Source: a bacterium
GTDB taxonomy: Bacteria; SAR324; NAC60-12
Length of the DNA stretch: 64,000 bases
NCBI GenBank assembly: GCA_965233585.1
Contig: CBDDTI010000747.1
Span: forward strand, 736,001-800,000
Direction: 5' to 3'
Shown here piece after piece: positions 58,145-64,000 of the stretch (positions are counted from its first letter, which is position 1; each line of letters opens with the position of its first letter). The notes beneath the pieces were generated by a model. It did no database searches. It was not told the DNA's origin and was given only the letters and a program-made list of their open reading frames with translations. The translations under genes were made by a program, and so were the position numbers.

Positions 58145-59373
58145 AAAAACGTATTGCTATTACAGGTCTTGGGGGAGTATGCCCCATTGGCAATGATGTT
58201 CAGACAGCGTGGCATGCCTGTCAAAATGGAATATCAGGCACAGACCGTGTAACACGTTTTGACCCATCTCACCTGAGAAGTCAGATGGCTGGTGAAGTGA
58301 AAAACTATCAGATTCCTAGCCTCCTTTCCAAGAAGGAGGCACGTAAGATGGATTCCTTCACTCACTATGCCATCAGTGCAACACAGCAAGCCCTACAAGA
58401 TGCAGATTTAACTATTGATGAATCTTTGCAGCATGACATTGGGGTTTCTCTGGGTGTGGGAATTGGAGGTCAGCCTACCATTGAAAAATACTTCCAAGTT
58501 CTTAACGAATCGGGACCAGAAAAAATCTCACCTTTCTTCCTGCCTATGGCACTGGGGAATATGGTGGCGGGACAAGTGTCTTTGGTGTTTCAAACAAAGG
58601 GATACAATGCTTGCACGATTTCTGCCTGTGCGTCTTCTAGTCATGCCATTGGAGATGCCTCAAGAATGATTGAGAGGGGTGATGCCAAAGTGATGATTGC
58701 TGGAGGCACAGAAAGTGCGATGACTCCGCTTTGCATGGCAGGATTTTCTGCTATGAGGGCATTATCAGAAAGAAATGATGACCCCAAGCGGGCAAGCCGT
58801 CCTTATGACATTGGCAGAGATGGATTTGTCTTTGCTGAAGGTGCTGGTATTTTAGTGATTGAAGATTGGGATTTTGCCAAAGCACGTGGAGCAAGAATCT
58901 ATTGTGAATTGGTGGGATATGGATTCAGCTCTGATGCACACCACGTCACTGCTCCTTCCGTTGATGGACCTGTTCATGCGATTAAAAAAGCACTCAAAGA
59001 TGGGCAAGTTCTGCCTGAACAGGTGGATTACGTCAATGCTCATGGCACGTCAACTCCTGTTGGTGATTTAAATGAGTTGAAGGCATTTAAACAAGTTCTA
59101 GGTGCTGATGCTTCTCAAAAAGTTTCCATTAGTTCTACTAAATCTATGACGGGGCATTTACTTGGGGCAGCAGGTGCGATTGAAGCCATTTTGACAGTGA
59201 AAGCATTGGAGAATAATTTTGTGCCTCCCACCATCAATATTGATGAAATTGACCCAGAGTGTGACTTAGACGTCACCCCAAATCAAGGCAAAGAACGTCC
59301 AATCCACCATGCCTTTTCTACTTCTTTTGGATTTGGAGGAACGAACGCATGCCTTGTGTTTAAGTCTGTGTAA
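58141..59373 (+). CDS. fabF: Beta-ketoacyl-ACP synthase II
   Basis: SACAS, NAHGTST, KSMTGHLLGAAG, FGFGGTN. Confidence 0.97.
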   Translation: MKKRIAITGLGGVCPIGNDVQTAWHACQNGISGTDRVTRFDPSHLRSQMAGEVKNYQIPSLLSKKEARKMDSFTHYAISATQQALQDADLTIDESLQHDIGVSLGVGIGGQPTIEKYFQVLNESGPEKISPFFLPMALGNMVAGQVSLVFQTKGYNACTISACASSSHAIGDASRMIERGDAKVMIAGGTESAMTPLCMAGFSAMRALSERNDDPKRASRPYDIGRDGFVFAEGAGILVIEDWDFAKARGARIYCELVGYGFSSDAHHVTAPSVDGPVHAIKKALKDGQVLPEQVDYVNAHGTSTPVGDLNELKAFKQVLGADASQKVSISSTKSMTGHLLGAAGAIEAILTVKALENNFVPPTINIDEIDPECDLDVTPNQGKERPIHHAFSTSFGFGGTNACLVFKSV

Positions 59374-59387
59374 ATTGACACTGACTC

Positions 59388-61094
59388 ATGTCTGACAAAC
59401 AAAGAGAACTCTTTCTAGTTCCTCTTCTGTTTTTTCTGTGTCTCTCTTTACTGAGTGCATTTTCTAGCGAGCAGCTCAACGAAGATTCTTACCAGCATTT
59501 CCAGACAAGCGTTGAAGTTTGGAAGACAAGCAACTGGAAGGAATTGGTGACCGATACTTGGAATCGCCCTTTTTCTGCATTTTTCTATGGAATAGCAGGG
59601 CAACAGGGACTCACTTCTGCACGCTTGGTGAGTGTTTTTTTGGCATTTCTGACAAGTTTAGGAATCTACAAAATCATTTGTTGCATCTCAAAACACTCCA
59701 TTGAAGGCAACTTTCTCATTCCAATTGCAGTCTTTTTTGGACAACTTCCCATCTTACCTGAATCTTTTGTAACGATGACAGAAATCCCTGCCGCATTTTT
59801 GTTGGCATGGGGAGTTTTTTTTCATTGTGCAAGACGTCATTTTTGGAGCTTTTTGGTCTTAGGTTTGTTGCCATTGGCAAGACTGGAGATGTCATTGATG
59901 ACAGCATGGCTTTTTGTCATGTGTTCTTTACAGCATCTACAAAAAGCAAACTGGGAGTTCAAAGCATTTTTTAAGGCGTTTCAATGGTGTTGCATTGGCT
60001 CGTTACCATTTGTGATTTGGTGGTTGAGTGGCTATGCTTTGACTGGTCGTTTTTTTTGGCTACTGCCATCTTCTAGTATTTTTCGCTTACGAGAGTTTCA
60101 GCTTGATTTCTTCACAATCAACGCATTGACAAGTCTCAATGGGGTGCTTTCCTCATCTGCTTTGTTACTATTTTTGTTGGGTTTTTTGCAGTTCCCCAGA
60201 GTTCTAAAACCCGCTTTTGACTCCCATCTATTCGTGGCAAGTATTTATGGTGTGCTTGTCATTTATTTGATTTTTGCCAGTCTCTTCATCGTTTACCCTG
60301 AAGGGAGTTCTGTCTTTGGTGATTTAGGCATCACTGCTGTCAATCCCAGAAATTTCAATGTCATCTCTCCTATATTCGCCCTCTTTATCTTTGCAGGCAT
60401 GACTTCTCTTGTGGACGTCAAACAAAAATTTTTGAATGTCAAAAAAATTTGGGTCGTGTGCATGGTGGTCATTTTGCTGATAATTGGCTTTTTTTTCTTC
60501 CAACAGACATTTGGAACAAGTTTAAAAAAAGGCTTATTCAAGTTGAGCTTGCAAAGCATCATTTTACTAGCATTGATGTCGTGGCTTGCTTGCCGTTTTT
60601 TGACAAAACGCATTCCTCTTAATTTGACCACCCTTTCATTATTTTTAGGAGTCTCTTTTGTTGTGAGCGTGCCTTTGTTTTGGCATCCTCTTAAATTTTA
60701 TGATCAACGATTTCTTGTGCAAAAAGAATTGTGCTTGTGGTTGGAAACTCAAGAAAAAGCTCCAGTGATTGTTCAAGACACGAACAGCCGATTAGACCAA
60801 TTTTGCCAACTTTCTTTGAATGCACAATGGGAGTGGTCGCAGTTTTTTGAAAGAAATTTAAAGCATGCTCCTGTCGGTAGTTTGGTCATTTTGGAGGCAG
60901 ACCAACACTATGTGCCTCATGCACGTTATTCAAGACAGTTAGTTCAGTTGTTGCAGTCTGGTCAATATGCTGTGATTCAGAAGAGTCAACCTATTACAAA
61001 TGTCTCAAGCTGGCAGAAACGACTTAATCAAATCTCTGCCAGAAACAAGCCTATCACTTGGATTGTTTACCAAAAACGGTTTGACTCACAGTGA
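59388..61094 (+). CDS. Polytopic membrane protein, possibly a GT-C-fold glycosyltransferase
   Basis: ED after TM1; WNRP, MTE and LARLE motifs; many TM segments. Confidence 0.65.
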   Translation: MSDKQRELFLVPLLFFLCLSLLSAFSSEQLNEDSYQHFQTSVEVWKTSNWKELVTDTWNRPFSAFFYGIAGQQGLTSARLVSVFLAFLTSLGIYKIICCISKHSIEGNFLIPIAVFFGQLPILPESFVTMTEIPAAFLLAWGVFFHCARRHFWSFLVLGLLPLARLEMSLMTAWLFVMCSLQHLQKANWEFKAFFKAFQWCCIGSLPFVIWWLSGYALTGRFFWLLPSSSIFRLREFQLDFFTINALTSLNGVLSSSALLLFLLGFLQFPRVLKPAFDSHLFVASIYGVLVIYLIFASLFIVYPEGSSVFGDLGITAVNPRNFNVISPIFALFIFAGMTSLVDVKQKFLNVKKIWVVCMVVILLIIGFFFFQQTFGTSLKKGLFKLSLQSIILLALMSWLACRFLTKRIPLNLTTLSLFLGVSFVVSVPLFWHPLKFYDQRFLVQKELCLWLETQEKAPVIVQDTNSRLDQFCQLSLNAQWEWSQFFERNLKHAPVGSLVILEADQHYVPHARYSRQLVQLLQSGQYAVIQKSQPITNVSSWQKRLNQISARNKPITWIVYQKRFDSQ

Positions 61095-61098
61095 ATTA

Positions 61099-61677
61099 AT
61101 GAGCATGCAAGAATTACCAGTGTTTTTACAACTTTTGATTGCCCGGTACCAAGCTCAGCGGTCTAAAATCTTTTTGCTGGCAGGTCTGCTCATCACCTTA
61201 GGAATTGCTCATTATTATTCAACGAATTTACGGCAAACGACTCAGCAGCTGGAACAAACAGCAAATCAGCTTGCATTGTTGCAACAACAACAAACCAGTT
61301 TGGCAGAATACCGTCTGAACCCTAAAAATTTTTCTGTCAAATCAGAGGCTTTGCAAAAGACTATGCAACAAATAGAAACAGCTATACCCCAGACATGGAA
61401 ACCTGAAGCGATTTCTCGTGCAGTCAATCAATCGTTAAAAACTAGTACAATGACCTTGCTACGTCAGGCTGTCAAAGAAAAGAAAGTTTTTAAATATTAT
61501 GAAGAATTAGAGGTATCATTAGAATTACAAGGGACGTATCAAGCATGGAATACTTTTTTTGAAAGCACGAAACAATGGAATTTTATTTACACAATTCGTC
61601 ATTTGGAGATGGTCTGGGTCGGAGGAGAAAGCCCCCTAAAAATCAAATATCAATTTGCAACATTTCGCCGTATTTGA
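61099..61677 (+). CDS. PilO/GspM-like protein
   Basis: TM segment, coiled coil, YYEELEVSLELQGTY..FF; ATG 61099 preferred. Confidence 0.72.
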   Translation: MSMQELPVFLQLLIARYQAQRSKIFLLAGLLITLGIAHYYSTNLRQTTQQLEQTANQLALLQQQQTSLAEYRLNPKNFSVKSEALQKTMQQIETAIPQTWKPEAISRAVNQSLKTSTMTLLRQAVKEKKVFKYYEELEVSLELQGTYQAWNTFFESTKQWNFIYTIRHLEMVWVGGESPLKIKYQFATFRRI

Positions 61678-61685
61678 TTGCAATA

Positions 61686-61916
61686 ATGCTTGTGTTTTGG
61701 GGGCAAAATGGATTAGCTCAACGGAATCCTTTCAGCTCACCCATTCAGAAAAAAGAAGCTCCTAAAAAAATTCAAAAACCCAAAGTTCAAGCTCCAAAAA
61801 AGAAAATTGTCAAACCAGAAAAGCCCCAAGTGATTGGGAAGGTGTTCAGTCAAAATCAAGTTTGGTTGGTGAAAAGGTTCAAAAATCGTGTCTGGGTGGA
61901 AGCCCAAAATGAGTGA
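61686..61916 (+). CDS. Small exported protein, weakly PilP-like
   Basis: RNPF motif directly after the pilO-like gene; start uncertain. Confidence 0.4.
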   Translation: MLVFWGQNGLAQRNPFSSPIQKKEAPKKIQKPKVQAPKKKIVKPEKPQVIGKVFSQNQVWLVKRFKNRVWVEAQNE

Positions 61917-61956
61917 TTGAATGGTAGACTTTTTACGTTCTAAATCTGAATAAATC

Positions 61957-62520
61957 ATGCCTGCAATAAAAGTCTGGGAATTTAGGTATGAAATCATTGT
62001 CTTAATCATTTTCAGTAGCATCTTGGGCTATTTGCTGACTTCCGTGTTTCAAGACTCTGCGCCTTCTGATTCTGTGATTGCATCGCAAAGCAATCTTCTT
62101 TCTCTCTCCAATCCTCAACTGGAAAGCTTTGTTGCTGATCATAAAAGTTGGGAGGTTTCAGGTCAGGAAGCCTTGATTATAGACAAGTCTGGTCAAATTA
62201 GATTGAAGCAGGTCAAGGCACTGATCTACTATCCCAAAGATTCTGAACAAAGCTCTGAAGTCCAAACCAAGATTCAGGCAGATTATGGGTTGGTCAATCA
62301 AAATGAACAGAGACTGGAACTTTGGGGGAATGTGATGATTTTTCAAGAAGAATTACAAATTGAGTCTCAACGGGTGCATTACTTTTACAGTCAAAAAGTA
62401 GTGGAGTTGCCTGCAACATTTCGTTTCACCAGAGGGCAAGAAGTCTTATTGGGGCAATTCGCAAAATACAGCATTGAACAATCTCTTTTAGAATCACAAA
62501 ATTTGGAGTTTAGAAAATGA
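61957..62520 (+). CDS. lptC: LPS export protein LptC
   Basis: N-terminal TM segment; WEVSGQEA, IQADYG and LELWGNV jelly-roll pattern. Confidence 0.75.
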   Translation: MPAIKVWEFRYEIIVLIIFSSILGYLLTSVFQDSAPSDSVIASQSNLLSLSNPQLESFVADHKSWEVSGQEALIIDKSGQIRLKQVKALIYYPKDSEQSSEVQTKIQADYGLVNQNEQRLELWGNVMIFQEELQIESQRVHYFYSQKVVELPATFRFTRGQEVLLGQFAKYSIEQSLLESQNLEFRK

Positions 62521-62735
62521 AACTTTTTGCAGTCGTGGCGTTGTGTCTATTGGGAGTTGGAGTTTTTTTGCTGTTTGGTTGGAATGACCAATTTTTAGAC
62601 CCATCGCTGCAAACAAAAATCACAATCAGTCCTGAAAAATTTGAGCTGACACGAGATTTTGCAGATGGTGACCAAATCCAAATTCAAATCCGTGATGACC
62701 AAGCCTTTCAAATTCAAGATTTATTCTCATGGTAA
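62517..62735 (+). CDS. Small hypothetical membrane/exported protein
   Basis: ATGA overlap with lptC; hydrophobic N-terminus. Confidence 0.55.
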   Translation: MKLFAVVALCLLGVGVFLLFGWNDQFLDPSLQTKITISPEKFELTRDFADGDQIQIQIRDDQAFQIQDLFSW

Positions 62736-63598
62736 AAACGTTTCAATCAACTCAAGCTGTTTTATGTTTTTTAACGTTTGTACTGGTGTTTGCAAAAGTT
62801 GACGCACAGAATTTGGAGATAGAACCTGACGAAACATTTCAAACTTCAGACGTAGTACAAGATGTTGTTTGCAATCATGCCACATTGCAAATTCAGCATG
62901 AGATTCAGGGGAAAGTTTTAGCAGTGGGCTGTCATCTCATCTTCAAGCAAGGTGTTGTTCTTGTTCAAGGTGGGGTCATTGTTGGAGGCACAAGCACATT
63001 TGAAGGCGATGTATTGATTCAAAATGAGTTAGTTCAGACAGGCGGTGTTTTTTCAGGGGGACAAATTGACAACTTCAAATACGTCACTCTCCATGACAAA
63101 ATTGTAGAAAGGATTTCGCAAACTGCTAAAAGTTACCTGACTTCTGTTCGCATCGTTCCTGAAGACATTGAGCATCTTTTACGGACGCACAAAGAATTGT
63201 TGCTTCATTATCCTAAACAACAACGTGGAGCATTGGAACTATTGCAGCTTTCTCAAGTGGCATCATTTGAGCTAGACAAATCACAAGTACGTTTTGCTCA
63301 AAAGTGGCAATACCTTGTAGAAGGGAAGCCTGTGCAACTTCAATTTACTCAATTTAAAAGTCAGGAGTCTGCAAAACAATTCTGGAACGTTCTCAAAGCA
63401 CTCACTCCAAGCAATGCTGATGTCGTCTTACAAAACGACCTTGGTGATGGGTCTCATCGTTTTTTAAAGATTAAACAAGAAAGCTCCCTTGTTTGGATTC
63501 AACAACAATGGGTCGTGACTATGTTTTCAAGTCAAGGAGAAAATACCCTAAAACTCCTGCTTCAAACTCTCAAACAACTGATGAAAAACAATGCTTGA
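62729..63598 (+). CDS. Hypothetical exported protein with a Gly/Val-rich beta-helix-like N-domain
   Basis: Signal peptide; VQGGVIVGG-type repeats. Confidence 0.65.
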   Translation: MVKTFQSTQAVLCFLTFVLVFAKVDAQNLEIEPDETFQTSDVVQDVVCNHATLQIQHEIQGKVLAVGCHLIFKQGVVLVQGGVIVGGTSTFEGDVLIQNELVQTGGVFSGGQIDNFKYVTLHDKIVERISQTAKSYLTSVRIVPEDIEHLLRTHKELLLHYPKQQRGALELLQLSQVASFELDKSQVRFAQKWQYLVEGKPVQLQFTQFKSQESAKQFWNVLKALTPSNADVVLQNDLGDGSHRFLKIKQESSLVWIQQQWVVTMFSSQGENTLKLLLQTLKQLMKNNA

Positions 63599-63664
63599 TT
63601 TGGGTGATTATGTTGCATTTCCTCAGATTCTGCCCATTCTTAAACCAATCCCAAAAAACTCAAG

Positions 63665-63754
63665 CAATAACAAATTCTCACCAGTTGCACACGACAGAAC
63701 AAAGTTGAACAAACAGCCAAACTTTAGCTAGTTTGTTGCAGTGGTTTGTTAGGT
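63665..63754 (-). mobile_element. Eroded attC-like integron recombination site
   Basis: Minus strand reads ACCTAAC-AAACC-ACTGCAAC...GGTGAG-AATTT-GTTA, overlapping the stop codon of the upstream gene; 90 bp; TAACAAA pairs with TTTGTTA. Confidence 0.55.
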
Positions 63755-64000
63755 TACGTTCCCTGTATAGCTTTTGATCTAAGCCTTGCGCCAACTGTAG
63801 CCTCTATTATCTTGCTCCTTATACTTTCAGTCTTATCACTCTTTAAGATCGCTACATCTAGTTTTTTAGCAATTTCTTCAAGTATTTTTTTAGTTTTAGG
63901 TTCAATGATTTTTAATGCTTCTTCTCTTGAAGATGATTCCTCTATGCTTGAGATGAGTTCCTTTATTTCTTCATCAGATAGTGCAGAGGATGAAGCTTTT
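63754..64000 (-). CDS. Hypothetical protein, 3' part only (starts beyond the window); probable gene-cassette ORF
   Basis: Not in the ORF track. Open frame ...LSDEEIKELISSIEE...KIIEATVGARLRSKAIQGT*. Confidence 0.75.
   Translation of the reverse strand, partial: KASSSALSDEEIKELISSIEESSSREEALKIIEPKTKKILEEIAKKLDVAILKSDKTESIRSKIIEATVGARLRSKAIQGT

Overview
AT-rich chromosomal window from a diderm (LPS-producing) bacterium. The gene content suggests a deltaproteobacterial/SAR324-like lineage, but that is inference only. Most of it is housekeeping DNA in scrambled order: glpK, rsmA, fbp, fabA, aroA-aroC, pgi, ahpC, ilvBN, SRP RNA-dnaX-ybaB-lptD, ffh-rpsP-rimM-trmD-rplS-rnhB, yraN-rpsT-htpG, folK, mraY-fabG-acpP-fabF and lptC. 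Best candidate for an undescribed system: a tandem array of four paralogous ankyrin-repeat genes (30.8-35.6 kb) built like natural DARPins. They share N- and C-caps, carry 5-8 repeats of 34 aa that vary at the predicted binding positions, alternate in having a signal peptide, and have homologous flanks. A 7-blade RCC1/BLIP-II lipoprotein shows the same fixed-scaffold/variable-surface pattern. Other notable items: an A11 tract in dnaX with stops in both shifted frames (probable gamma subunit by slippage); an SRP RNA with a UAAC (URRC) tetraloop; an ArgD-like protein with His at the catalytic Lys position; a 369-bp ffh/rpsP tandem duplication (possibly an assembly artefact); a duplicated ahpC 3' end; an AT-rich two-gene membrane islet; a stand-alone tyrosine recombinase; and, at the right edge, a partial gene followed by an eroded attC-like site (possible integron cassette). 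No tRNA, rRNA, CRISPR array, transposase or reverse transcriptase was recognised. All calls are by eye; no searches were run.
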